A stretch of DNA of 52,885 nucleotides, filler included, from Catajapyx aquilonaris (GCA_000934665.2; 2 parts of 2 records of this genome joined end to end with filler, not necessarily neighbours in it); one strand, 5' to 3'; positions 28,016 to 41,600 are shown, counted from the first letter of the whole stretch. Notes: a model not told the origin generated them from the letters alone. Translations and numbers: made by a program.

Positions 28016-30157
28016 ATGGATCATGCTTATACTGTGGCAGCTACGCATTCGTATCAGGAGACCCAGCACGTTTACCTACTCTCCTACGTGTGTATCCACC
28101 AAGAAGGAAGGTTAGGTCACGAGGTAGGTTGGTGCAGCGTGCCCCAACCCTGCCACATTCAGTCTCCCATTACGAAAGTCCTTCCACTGTGACCTACTAT
28201 AAAGACTATAAAGATAACTACAACCAATGCTCAGATGGCAGTGAAGACAAAATTAAGATGGGATTAAATATTTCCATGGCAAAGTAATGCTGGTTATTCT
28301 GGTGTAGCCTAATCATCGATTCCATCATCATAACAAATCCAGCAAAAGATAGCATGTATGTGCAAGTCTCAGTGACACTCATTGCTTATTTTCTTTTGTT
28401 GCTACAACATACTGTTCACTAAACGTGAATACTTTTTCCTAATCAAGAAGACTGCATGGCACATCAACAAAATGTGTTACAAAAAAATCCCACCTGCATA
28501 CATAGATTATATTGCTTTTTCCACGACTGTGCCAATTCTTGCCTGTCTAATTACTATCAAAAAAGGTCCATTTGCCATGGTTCATCTGTATATTTCTGGG
28601 GGTTGCCAAAATTATTTCTGCACCTTAGGCAATAAAATGCAGCGCCCCCGAATAAATTGCAAAATCACAGCAGCTCCCTGACTTAATAACGACACCCTTT
28701 TTTCAGAACAATTAATTACAACTAGTCACTAGGCATGAGTACTGCATGTAGCACAAGTCTGTGACCCAACATGCTTGCTCTGCAGCTTCTGGGCACCCGA
28801 ACAAGTCGGTTCCTGCCACACCGTACGCACACAATACCCTAGCTGCTTCCTCCCCCATAATCGAGAATATCATAACCTCCGGGATACTCACCTCGCAGAT
28901 TCATGCTATATGCCGCAGTGTATAACTGACCAAAGTGCATCTGCAAATGTTTGGTCCATATACATATTCCAAAAAAACCTAACTATAAGTAGATGGGTGG
29001 ACTACTTGTGCTGGACAAAATGATCACAGCCAGTCAATATTATTCCCAAACACAGCAGTGTCTGCCTGCCTGCCTCTATATACCCTATACCTACTAAAGT
29101 GACGAAGCAGACCCTAATCTTGGGTCATGTGGGCACAGTTCATGCAAATACACGCTAGATCTGATATTGTGCCCAGCAAATCGTGTGGCTTATTTGCCGT
29201 CCTTCCTCTGCCCTTGGAAACAATAATGGGTGCATCATATCAGCCACTACAGAAATTACCGTGTTCAGGTGGTGTCCCGCATCGCCCTAGTACACCGTCG
29301 ACTCCTTTCGGGTCGTCCATGACGAGGGCAGCAGCAGTGGGGCTGCCAGGACGGTGATGGGGGCGAAACAAGACCAGCAAGACATACGCACACACTCTTG
29401 CCAAGAACAAAGGAAAAATGGCGCCTTCCGCAACATACGTCGAGGGAACCCTGCGCCAAATGCGGCCTACTAGCCGGCTGCGCGCTCGCTCACAGGCAGT
29501 CACACACACCCATGGAGCACACAGACTGGTGCCCAAGAAGTTGCAACACCACGGCAACTTCCTGCCTGGGGGAATTCCCCGCTCACACCCTTCAACCAAT
29601 GCACCATTTTCAAATAAACATTTCATGACGACCTTCACGTTCACCTCGGATTTTTACGACCTCAGCAAGTTTTATGTTGCGTCGGATTTTGCAGAGCTGC
29701 AGCTGATGACCTCATATTTTCAACTCGCACATTTCTCTCTAGGCAACTCCTCAGTATTTTCCAGTCAAATTATAGGTATCATTGTGGGGGTTAGAATCAG
29801 TCAGTGTAGGTTTCAAGGAATGTTGCACAAAATACTGGAAAGAAGAGAACCAGCCAGCTGAAAAATGCTCCCCTTCTCCTGCTCTGGTTGACCTCTCCAA
29901 ATTAACGCCATACCATGAAAGTTTCTTTCTGATCTGATGCAAACTGCCATGTGCATGTAGCCATGCATATCAGCTCCAGCTGCCAACTTTGAGAACAATA
30001 TCAATCAATATTAATCAAGAAGACCTAATTATAACCACATAAGCATTTTATTTGCACAACTTTTTTCTCATTCCAACCCAAGGGGATAAAAATCATCCTT
30101 AGAACTGCAAACAGTTCTGAAACAATTTTATAAGGTGTAGCCAATATTAGCAATGTA

Positions 30158-30283
30158 CAGTGTTGGCCATTAATCGCGTCATACTGCTAGAGACATTTTC
30201 TGAAGCGGCAGAAGAACGAATCGAAGCAATGGATAGTGCAAGCCGTGCAAGCAAGATTCTGCCGCATCAGAAAATGTCGCTAG
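30158..30283. mobile_element. Decayed copy of the foldback MITE at 36409-36570
   Basis: TA-CAGTGTTGGCCATTAATCG...GACATTTTCTGAAGCGGCAGAAGAA matches the younger copy. Confidence 0.75.
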
Positions 30284-31664
30284 GAGTATGACATGATTAA
30301 TGTCCAACATACCATATTTACAAATGCTAGGTATCTTTGGTGGGATGCCAGATGGTCACCTTGTGTTTTAATCTTTAGACATCCTAATCCACATACTGCA
30401 ACCCTTACAAAACAAAATTCAGGGATAATGATTAATTTCATTTTAAAATGCCATGAAAAGAAGAGGTAAGGAGCTCTTATCATCAAAGGTACCATATCTG
30501 TTTGTTGGGGGGAAAGGGGAAGGGAGGGAGGGAGAGAGAGAGACCTGCTATATGGAATTTCAATACATAGAGCGAGTCAGTACTGTACCCCAGGTCATCC
30601 AGCTTTCAGTGAGTACCTTGACCTGATACAAGTTTAAAATGTCCTGGGTAAGCAGCATTAAATATTGACTGCACCTTTAAAAATTCTGATTAATCACATC
30701 ACTCTAAATATCCTTCCCTCATTAAATCTTGATTAAACACGTTAGCTACAACAGTTAACACAGCAAATAAAATGGTTGAGCTTCTAACAATAGAATGGTT
30801 ACTGACGACAACAATGTGATTTCTTCCAGCTAATACAACCCATTTCAATTTGACTGAATACATTTTGCCATCATCATCAGTCTTAAACAAAACAATCATT
30901 TTTCGGATTTAAGTCCTTCATAAAGGAAAGCTACACAAACTGTTCTGATACTACCTCACTCTGACCTCTGAATAACAATTTTCAATTAATACACAATATG
31001 GGAGTAGTTATGAGTGTTAATCAATGTTACCCCCAAGTAGCGCCATGACAGTATGGAACAAGGTCAACCAGGGAACCATATACCCTGCAGGACCCAGTTA
31101 GATGGTGGCAATGTGGACTAATATTTGTGATTTTCTCCTCCTCTTTAAAATTAAATTTGATTGAAATTTTTACTATTGTTGAATGTCTACATATATGTGG
31201 ATAATTTTTTAAACAATGCAACAAGTTATTTGAACATACAATTTAGAAATCTGTCCAAAGAGGACCTTTGTACAGTAGAGTGTTGCCCCAGTTCAAGTAA
31301 CATACTGATTGTGCCGCTTGCCCTCCGCAAAATCAGATCACATGCCACCAGCAATAGAAATTCCTTTGGTCGTCATAGCTCATGTACGCTTATTATTTTC
31401 ACAACTCTTGGGTACTCACACATCATCTCCACCTGCACTGCCAAAAACACTGTGCATGGCATGGACGGGACCTGACAAAAATTATAATGTAGTGACAAGC
31501 AAACTCGTGACTTGAGTACCAGGACTAAGAAACACAAATTCCAAGTTCCAGAACACCACATCCCAGTTTGGTTGTGACATGTAAATGTAATTAGTTAAGC
31601 TGGTGAAACTTGTGGTTCCATTCTGCACCAAATCTCTTTCACATGTCAAACCAAGTTTAATTAA

Positions 31665-32165
31665 CCCTTGGACGGTGACGTGCAAAATGTTCGCTCTCCG
31701 GTGACGTGGGCATTTTTTGTGACCAAGACATATTTTTCGTTGTATCTGGCGAAATATAGCACATTTGGGCTTCACCTTTGAGGCAATCATAGTGTGATTC
31801 CTTCTATGACAAATAGTGTTTAGTTTACATTTTTTGAGCAAATAGTGCGATCAGAAAAAAAATCGGAAAGAAAATCAGTCGGGCCCAACTCCCGGGGGTA
31901 AGGGGATTCCACCCCTTGGCGGCCTGGGATGCCACCGGGAGCCGCCCGACTGGATCTTGGTCGGGCCCCAACTACGCATTGCTGCCAAATTTATTTTTTC
32001 CTGGTCGTGCTATTTACTCAAAAAATTTAAACTAAACATCATTAATCACAGAAATAGTCAAACGAAAATGTTCTCAAGGATGAATCTTGAATGTCCTAAA
32101 TTTTCCAAGTTATTGCAAAAAAAGTGTCGCTGGTCACAAAAAGTGCCCACGTCGCCGTCCGAGGG
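31665..32165. mobile_element. piggyBac-type MITE (501 bp) in the probable ZNFX1 3' UTR
   Basis: TTAA-CCCTTGGACGGTGACGTG...CACGTCGCCGTCCGAGGG-TTAA; asymmetric subterminal inverted repeat; no ORF. Confidence 0.9.
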
Positions 32166-32219
32166 TTAACAAAACTGCCCAGTGCCCACGTCGCCGTCCG
32201 AGGGTTAACAAAACTGCCC
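32142..32219. repeat. 39-bp tandem duplication of the MITE right end, TTAA and flank
   Basis: AGTGCCCACGTCGCCGTCCGAGGGTTAACAAAACTGCCC twice, identical. Confidence 0.95.
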
Positions 32220-32313
32220 AGATAAGTTTTATCACAAACAAATTTCTGATCTATATATTAGTGCTTTGATCATGATCATGATGCAATAATAATGAGAGTT
32301 CCAATAACTAAAT

Positions 32314-32629
32314 TCAATAAGGAGTGTTTCGCCAAGCAGGCGCATGAGCTCCATCCATCTCTGGAGCAAAGGAATTATTGCCAAGCAGGGCATGATGTGC
32401 CCCACCAATTGCAGCTCCACACTCATTACATGTTGACACTTGCATGGCTCCTCCACATTCACCAATTGCATACACATGTCCATTGGGACACTTGAACCAA
32501 TGACCTTGTCGCAGACCCATGGCAGCAATAATGCTTCTTTTCTCCTCATTGGAAATGTTGATGCCACTTCGCAGCATATCAGCCAAAGTCCTCAGCTTCT
32601 GAGTGACAGCCCTTTCAATGAACTCATAT
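32314..32629 (-). CDS. ZNFX1: ZNFX1 last coding exon (RZ-type zinc finger)
   Basis: ISNEEKRSIIAAMGLRQGHWFKCPNGHVYAIGECGGAMQVSTCNECGAAIGGAHH...APEMDGA..PAW, then stop. Confidence 0.95.
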
Positions 32630-35600
32630 CTAAAGAAGAGAAATGTACATTTAAAATAACAGTAAAACTGCAGCAATAATACAAATAATAATCTATTCTT
32701 CCAGGTAAGGCACAGCCCCTGCAGAAAAATTTTTCTTCCACACTCATGCATTCATTCGAGTACATGGTGTTCTGTAAACATGCAAACAAACCTACAAGTT
32801 TGTATTGATGTGAGCAAGGGATCACATATGCAGGGGGATCATTTGGCTTCCATCTATTTTTTACTGAGGCAATCAGCTAGTCAGCTATAAAGTTTGCAGC
32901 AACTATACATGTGGAGGGCATCTTGCTGGTAGTACACATGCAACTTCTGGATAGCTATACTTTTTAAGACTGCCTGTGGTGTGCATTTGAATGGGGTATT
33001 TTGGAGTCAGTGAGATAATCACTGCATGAATTTGAAGTAAATTTACCATGCACATCACCCAGACCAACCACCTGCAGAAAATGCAGTTCTACATGCACTC
33101 CATTGCCTGTCAGGTGCAACCTTCCAGGATATGCCATACAAAGCCATTTCATTTCACTTGTCAATTATAAGGTGGCGCACAAGCAAATGACATCGTGGTC
33201 CTCTTATTCCTTAAAAACAAAAAGGAAAATATCCAACCTATCTATTCCAAAGAGCAAGTCAGTGAGCTCCTTATGGCACTGCCGTGTATTTACAGCTGTG
33301 TTGGCTATTGTGCAACAACTCTCCAATCGGTATAACTCCTGGATCCTCTTCAGTCGAGTCAGCTCATGGTGAAAATCTCCGACCTCCTGCTCACTCACTT
33401 GCTCTCTCTGCATCAGTCGAAAAAGAAGACTGTTGGCATGCACAGAGAGTTTCTGCAGTAGGTCTTGCTGCACTGGGTTTTGTCCACCTTTTGATTCTTG
33501 CACAATCTGGCTAGCCTCTGCCATCAGCTTGATTTTCACCTCCATTGAATACAGCTCTGCCTGATTGAGATGCTGCACCTTCTTGTTGCCTGACCTTTTT
33601 GGTAACTGAAGTTTCTTCAAGAGAATACCCTTGTAGTTAACAAACAGCTTCTCCTCTGAAAAGAGTATCATGCAACAAAATTAATTCCACAAGTCCACTT
33701 TTGAGTTGATTCACCATGCCACTTATGATTATTTTATCACTACACAGGGTGCACCAGTTGTTTATGACAAAATCACTTGTTCAGGCATGCATTTAAAAAA
33801 AACAGTGACAAATAAATGGTACTCATCATGATTTCTGTTACTTGTGAAAATGTTCTGAACACCCAATAACTAACCATGTAGAGCAAGTAGGAGCTCATTC
33901 TGTTTCTTTGCAAGTGTATTCAGTGCTCCATATAACTTCTGCTTCACATTACAGATGTCCTTGTAGTTCTGTTTTATTGCATTGTTGTAGCGAGGACATC
34001 GGTTAATTAGAGTCTTGCAGCGGGGGCAGTGCTTCATGCCTATCTCATCGTCTTTGGTTGCCATCCAATGATCCATTCCTTCAGCCTCGATCACATGCTT
34101 GCAATCTTGCAGATATACAAATCTTGCCTCAGGATCATCCTCATTTCCAAGTAGAAAAAATTCCTCGCTGCTAAACTTCTTTGGATCACATTCACGGCAG
34201 AATGGAGGGCATGGTTCACCACAAAATCCTGGACACATGTGGCCGCACTTTTTAATCTTCTTAGGACAGGGTTCATCGCAAGGATCCCTGTTGCATATTT
34301 CCCAGCACCGCTTCGTACATTTCATATGTGGGCATTGCCACATGCATCGTTCCTGCAATCACAACTCACATAAGTTTGAAATTCACCAAGCATCTACTAC
34401 TTTAAGCTAACTACAATAACACAAATAACGACAAAAAGCCACCTTTTCTGTGTCATAAATCAAATTATTGTTTTCATGTTGAACTGTCATGATGAATATG
34501 AAAGTGGAACCCATTTTACTGTATCATGCATCTATATATCTATATTTTAGAAAGTTTGTGGGTTTGTGGATTTGTTTATTTGTTCGCTATAAAAATCCAG
34601 GAGAATGCCCCTACACTCCTGTGGTGTGCCGGAGGGCGACCCCCTCACCGGCCGGCATCACCTTGCCAGCAGGGAACACCTCGTCAGCCACCTAACCATT
34701 CCCTTCCCTGCCTGAAGGCTCCTTTCCAGCCATTCCAGAATCGAGCCACTCTCGCTTGCTGACCTTGCTCCCAACATGGTCCGCGCCTTGCCCATAAACG
34801 TGGCACACAAGGCGTTAGCAGCCCATTCGATCAGCAGACTCCATCTAGAGATTACCGACTCCAGAGCTCCGCAGCACACCTGATAATCGGTCCTTTTTAG
34901 AACCAACCACCACCACCTTACCAATGGCCCTTTTAAGGGTCAACCACAAGCTTCTGTAACGAGTCGCCAAACCCCCTTAATATAGCATACCGCGGGTGAC
35001 TTTTTATGAGGAATTTATAGCTGCATATTTCAGCTTCTGAAAATAAGCCAAACTCCCACAACACGCATAACTCCTTTCCCTGCTCCCCTCAACAATATCA
35101 ACATCAACAATATCCCCTCAACAATTTTCCATTTTTCAAGTTTCCATGGACATGTCCTCATGCACCAATACCTAGCATATTAGGAGTATTCGGCAATTCA
35201 GATTTTTCTGAGATGCGTCACGTGATATCTGAGTTGTTAGCCCCGCCCCTCAGAAGATTATTGCCGAGCGGCTGAACTGAGAGACCCCCCTACCCGCCAT
35301 TTGTGCTGCATCCCAGTGATGCAAATGTTCGGGTATTTCGGTGCCGTATTTCGGACACTTGCGGGTAATGGTGCGGGTAAAATGAAAATGCGGGTAAAAT
35401 CGGGTATTTTCAGGTCCTCTCGCGGGGTTTTTGGGCATTTTGCATTGGCAACACTGCTGCATCAATAACATGAATTTGTTGTCCGCCATGTTTCTCAGAA
35501 AGTAAGTGAGGTCAGGAGTACACTAAGTTCCTGAGCTTTGGAAGTCAGGTAGGGCGCATGCGCACTTACTTCAGGGGTCGTGGCACCTGATTTGCCGAAC

Positions 35601-38600
35601 ATCCAAACAGCCCAGGAAGTCAGATTCCTGAATTGCCAAATACGCCTAATAAACCAGTGGTGGAGGGGAGGGGTGGAGGGGGGGGGGGGAGTGCCAAATT
35701 AGTAAATGGTAAGGTGAGGGGCGAAAGGGCGACGGAGGCGAAATATTTTTGGGTTCAAGGTCACACAAGCTAATGAGAGATTTGAATTGGTATAGCTTAT
35801 TGAAGAATTCCTTTTTTTCCCCAGCCTCTTTGCAGAGCACTTGGAGAAGCTTCTCGGAGCACAGTTTGGGAAACTGAACTAGATTAAATATGACATTGTA
35901 GACAAACCTGACACTTTGTGCATGGCTCTCCACACCACTTCTTGCACTTGCTGTGTGAACACTTGTACTGACATGCTTTCTTGCATGGTGGGCAGTTTTT
36001 GGAGCATGGCACACCACAGCTGACAAGGGGGGAAATAAAACTTAATTAGCACTAAACATTGTCACATGCACCAGTATTGATAAAATACATACGGATGACC
36101 ACAGACAAGAGGACGGCCACAATCGTCATTGCATGCCATGTGGATCCTTCCCTGCATGCATTCCCCACATGTTCCACTGCACCTGTGCCCACATGCCAAG
36201 AGTACGTTGCAAGGATGCTGACACTTAGACATCAAAGTTTCCATTTTTACTCGGCAAACTGTAAGAATTTAAAAAATGAAAAGTTACCATCACGTGAGCA
36301 TTGACTTGGTGCAGGATTACGTGGTCTTACAAAGGGTCACTCACTCTACAAAATAGTTGCTCAACAAAGTCGGGTCTCATTGAAAAAATACGTAAATGTA
36401 GGATTGTACAGTACTGGCCAATAATCGAGGCAACGACTAGCGACATTTTCCCGAAGCGGCAGAAGAAGGAATCTTGCTCGCCCGGCTTCTAGCATGCTTA
36501 TCTTCGATTCCTTCTTCTGCCGCTTCGGGAAAATGTCGCTAGTCGTTGCCTCGATTATTGGCCAGTACTGTACTGCCATGCTTACAGATAGGTAAAAAAA
36601 TCCTCATATGCAATGCGCTGCAGGATCAAGAGTTGCTTGTCAGGCTCAATTGTGCCATTGTAGCTGGATTCCACTCCATCTGAACTAGTCTAATAGAGGC
36701 CGAGAAATAACACTCCACCATACTGCACATTGCAGACCAGGCTTTTTTTTTCCAAAGCATAGCAGCATAAATCTGCACCCCAATGTGATACATGTGAACT
36801 ACATTGCGCAATACCATAGGAAAATAAGACTATGTTGAAAATAATTGGTCTAGGTGAAAATCTCCCTTTCTTTCAAGCATTTCCTTTCCTGATAATAATC
36901 CAAATACTCCACACAAACACAGAGCAATCAAGGGAATTCTACAAAAGATAGAGTTGTCATCGTAAAAAAACATCTCAGAAATGGCTAATTTTTGGAAATG
37001 TGGATAGCCACATATTGTTGACGTAATTGCAGGATAGCCATCACATTCGTTCACATGAAAAATCTGCTGCATCCCTCCCAATGTCTCTGATTTCAATTGG
37101 ATGATACGTGAGATAAACTCTAGGCCTTGTTGACCAACTCGGGAAGGCATGCATTTCTGCAAAATCGTCTCCTAGTTCCTAGAAATAGTATCACTACGAT
37201 TTTTGCGGCTCCATCCCAGAGTGACACCAAAGCACTGTTCCTCTTCTTAAAGGGACACTCCACTCAAAATACAAGTTGGGTTCTAAAATTCGGGCAAAAA
37301 ATCCTGATTCCGAGGGTATAAGCAGTTTTTTTAAATTATTATTTACACCCTTGAGGCCTTCTGGCCAATGTAGGGGGGAGATTTTTCCACCATTTTCTGA
37401 CTCTTACTTCTTCTCTTACTCTTATTTGTTACTTTTGGAGAAAAAAAAAAGGAAAAAGAAAAAGTCATGTAAAGGAGGGAGTCCCTCCCTGAGTCTGATA
37501 CAGGGAGGTAAAATAAAAATATTGATTGATTGATTGATTGATTGTTGACCAACTCGAACATAAGGAACATAGACTAGCCAGTATATATCAAGAAGTAGCT
37601 GGGGGAGATGAAGTGGCGCTACGGTAACGCGCACGCCCACGGACATGAAGGTCCCGGGTTCAATCCCCACCCGGGGTTCCCACCTTCATCCGTGCAGAGT
37701 TGGCCCATCTCTGGGTTCATTTTGGGTGGAAATTTCCTAAAGACTAATCCACGCGGGGGAGTTCACAAAATGACCACTCAACGACAGCGCACATGCACTT
37801 CGCACATCCCCTCCTACCTACCCTTGGAGTAAACGAATAAGATCCTTCTTAACACGCTCCAACAAATCCCGATGGTCACAGAAATAGGGCCTACCATGTA
37901 AGAGACTTACATTTAACACTTGTTTCTGTTCTTATTTAGATAAGAGCAAAACATTCCCTTCAGTACAAAAAAGGGTAGTAAGACCTCCGTGGCGGAATAA
38001 AAGTATCGAAACAATGTAGGCACACCAAGACCTTCACCAATTGATTTGAGCTGTACCACAGGTCTTACTCAAGCAATTCCAATATTAACTCTCACAAAGT
38101 ACGGTATCCTTTCTGAAAAAAGTTCCATTAGTCATTCCATGTAAGTGTGTTTTCTGAAATTAAGACCCAAGCCACAGAGGGCAGATATGAAGAAGCAAGC
38201 GGCTGCAAGTGGTGCCTACTGCAACTCGAAGCAGGAGTTTCGTTTACTTGCAAAAGGGGATTATGCAATCTATACAATAAATTAAATCCATAACTTCTCA
38301 AATCCCACAGTTAAATTAATTGCTCTCACCTGAGTCACGTTCGTTGCAAGGAATCAGAATGTTGTGTTTGCATGGTGATATGAGGCCACTTGGCACAAGC
38401 ACTTTGCAAGGCCCACAGGGTTCGAAGCAACGCTTGTCACAAGGATGACCACAGGCAAGGAACCTTTCACATTTCACCCTGCAGTGCTTCCTTTTCGCAT
38501 CTTCACAACACAACACTTGCACTTTATGATTACATTCAGGAACCAACTTCTCAACTTTCACCTGCCAAATAAAACAATCAAGACCAAATTCACATTGAAA

Positions 38601-41600
38601 CATTATAAGCAATCACCTGGCAGTTTCCACATGGTTCGGCACAAACAAGGCGGCATGGGTGACCACAGGGAAGAGTCCGTTCACACTTCTTCTTGCAGAT
38701 AATAGTGGCAGAGTCCACATGACATTGTGTTTTGAACTTGTGCTTGCAGGCTGGTAAGACCTTATCCACCATCACAGCACAGCTGCCACATTCTTCATAG
38801 CACAACTTTGGACATGTGTGGTCTTTGGAGCACCCTACTGATTTTTTAACACATGACTTCCGGCACCTGAAAGGAGAGAAAATTTAAAATCACATTTCAG
38901 CAACTCTACATGATGACATACTTGTATTCCAAATGATCTGGATCACTATCCACGTGGCATTTTCGCATACACTGGTGCCCACACTGAGTTCTCACGTCAC
39001 ATGGTTCATAGCATGTGAATTTGGCTGGGTCCTGGCAGCAAGGCATGTCCAAGTCATGGGCACATAAAGGATGGGTTCTCTGAACAGTGGTGTGGCACTT
39101 GTATTCAGCAACAACAACATGACAAGGCAAGGTATGCTCATGTGCGCAAGTAAGTATCCTTTTCATGGGTACTTGGCAGGGTTTACATTTTTCCCAGCAT
39201 CTCATAGGACACACATGATCTTCTCCACACAGGATCTTTGTGCATGGCTCCATACACTTGTGTTCCTTATGCTCTCTGTCCCACACGTGGCACATGCTGC
39301 GACAGCGATGACCGCAATCAAGAGCAGCATCACATATGGCATCACAACCACCCTCGCGAACCTTGGCAAAGTCATTTTTGGTGGCTGCAGGTGTTACTAT
39401 GTTGTGGATCTGACAATGTAGGGGAAGGTGTGTACCAATGGCATCTTGCTTTTCCAGAGTTGCCTTAACTTGCCTCCACACATGGCTCTGGTTCTCCAGA
39501 TTTTGCATATTTCCTAGGATAAACATGCCTTGCTTTGCACGAGACAGAGCAACACAAATTCGATTGTCAGTTTTCAAAAAGCCTATCTTCCCCTCCTCAT
39601 TGTTTCGAACGAGGGATAACAAAATTATGTCGTTTTCTTCCCCTTGGAAGTTATCAACAACAGTTATCCTCACTTCTTGGCATGCTTTGTAATTCTTCCT
39701 GAGCTGAAGAAGTATAAAACAAATCATTATTAGTACATCACATCATTATAATTAAACAGCAATCTTATCATTAACTTATTATCAGCTGCCTTTTCAAATA
39801 CTGTAATATACCTTCTTCAGAAGGAAAAGCTGTCCGGTGTATGTGGTCAGTAGAGTAATTTTATCTGGTGTGTACCCCTGAAGAATCAGATAACGACAGA
39901 GCTCAAGAAGAAACTCTGCTTCATGCAAATTGGACTTGCTAGCTGAATCTGCAACCTGGAAAATGAGCCACATGTTAAACTTGCAATAATACGACAGTGC
40001 AAGGCTCATTATAAGAGAGTGAGCCAGTCAACCACATGCAAATTTGAAATATGAAGAAGTCCAGGAGCAAACTGCTAAAAATCTGCACAATTCTCATCTG
40101 CAAGTGGGCAAAAGATTGATATCCACAGCAGGAGAGGCAGAAGATAAACATGATCAAAACATAATCCCAGCCCAGACCTCTTTAGGTCTAATAGCCATAA
40201 GGACCCATAATATACAAGGATATAAAATACAGCAGAGACCAAAAAATTCAATAATGTCCTGGAGGTCATTTTCAACTTGATGAGGGGAGCTATAACCTTC
40301 ACACTTCACATGATGTTGATTTATTTTGAGTGAACCATAGCTCATCTCTCTCTCTCTCTCTCTCTCAACACTATTCATTACCTTACTTTTAAAATGTAGT
40401 TAGCACATCACAATAACCCACATGCCTCACCTAGATCGCTAGATGATTGATTCATTGATAAAAATTGTGCTATCTTGCCTCAAATATCAGCACATTGGTA
40501 AAAGCGGGCCCGGGGGGNGGGGGGGGGAGAGAAATACAGTATTTTTAAAATGCGCATCTGCTGGCTATACTGATATAAATTTTTTTAACTCTCTCTGCTA
40601 AATGTTTTCATCAGGTGGCAATGCATCAGGCGAGACTTACTATTTGGAAACTGGTATTTTTTCCCACCAAGAGAGGAACTAGGCCTAAGAACATGAGCCT
40701 GAGGAAGCGACAAGGCTGATCAATGCAATTTGACATCCACACTAACTTACTCAAACTTACTAGTTGATAAAGGAACTCAGTTTCCTGCAATTATTTATAG
40801 TGCTAGTGGTGATTCATTGAGAGTCTTAGACCATTAAAAGAGGGTTTGGAATAGTTCAGTGAGTTAAATTTTCTATGTCCATTTCACAATCCTTGAAGGT
40901 TCAGTAACTTACCAATTCTTCTTTCTCATCATGTGTCACAAAAAATAAATTCTTCTTTATTCCATCTATAGCAGGATAGTTTAACACTGACTTGTCATTG
41001 AGGAGGTGTGGGTAAATAGCAGGGACCACTAAGCTTGCAATTTCAGGCCTCATTCTGTGCTGCACCTCCAATTTTTCACAGTGCACACCATTGTTCAGCA
41101 TCCGCTCAAAGAGGGAGACATCTAAGTGGTACTTTGTGGCCAGTTCATATACAGTAGTCGATGGACGAAGCTGCTGATGGTCACCTGTAAGCATGACACA
41201 AACAAAATCATTATTTGTATGTTTCTATCTCACTTTGGACTCTAATAGTCCGGACGTTAAGGGATTCAACCGTGCATTTGGTGAAAAAAGCATGAAATTT
41301 GGTACAAATGTCCCTGAGACCATACTCTTCAAATTCAGATATGGTGCCACGCCCGTTTTCGCCCAGGAGGCAGGTTGGCCACCCTGAAGCGACCCTCTGC
41401 TTGGCCGGGTCCTTTTCCGCTTTTCACCCGACATGCCAGGGCAGAATTGCACTCCCTACTCTGCCCAGGGCCAGGAGAAAAGGCCTGGCATTTAACGAAT
41501 GTCAGAAATGACTAACGCACAGCGCCCTCCCTTAGGAACCTCCCCTTCCCCCCATAAAGGGCACCATCCTATCACAGGGTAAATATGTTTTTTTTTTTGA

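Noticed and set aside
28225..28335. Possible C/D box snoRNA on the - strand (ATGATGA...CTGA)
   Set aside because: The boxes are short and common, and I could not identify a convincing terminal stem or rRNA guide.
29418..29861. 147-aa plus-strand ORF (MAPSATYVEG...)
   Set aside because: No domain similarity recognised and no splice support; kept only within the promoter-like finding.
32142..32219. CRISPR-like repeat (also 52678-52748)
   Set aside because: Adjacent tandem copies with no unique spacers, no cas genes, eukaryotic context.
36830..37350. Further DNA-transposon fragments (TTAA-AGGGACAC near 37250; also about 9.9-10.0, 34.6-35.0 and 41.24-41.36 kb)
   Set aside because: Only one end or no end recognisable; boundaries cannot be supported.
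38200..38269. Extra ZNFX1 exon after the TAG acceptor near 38270
   Set aside because: In-frame stop after 8 codons; exon 7 splices in phase to 36258.
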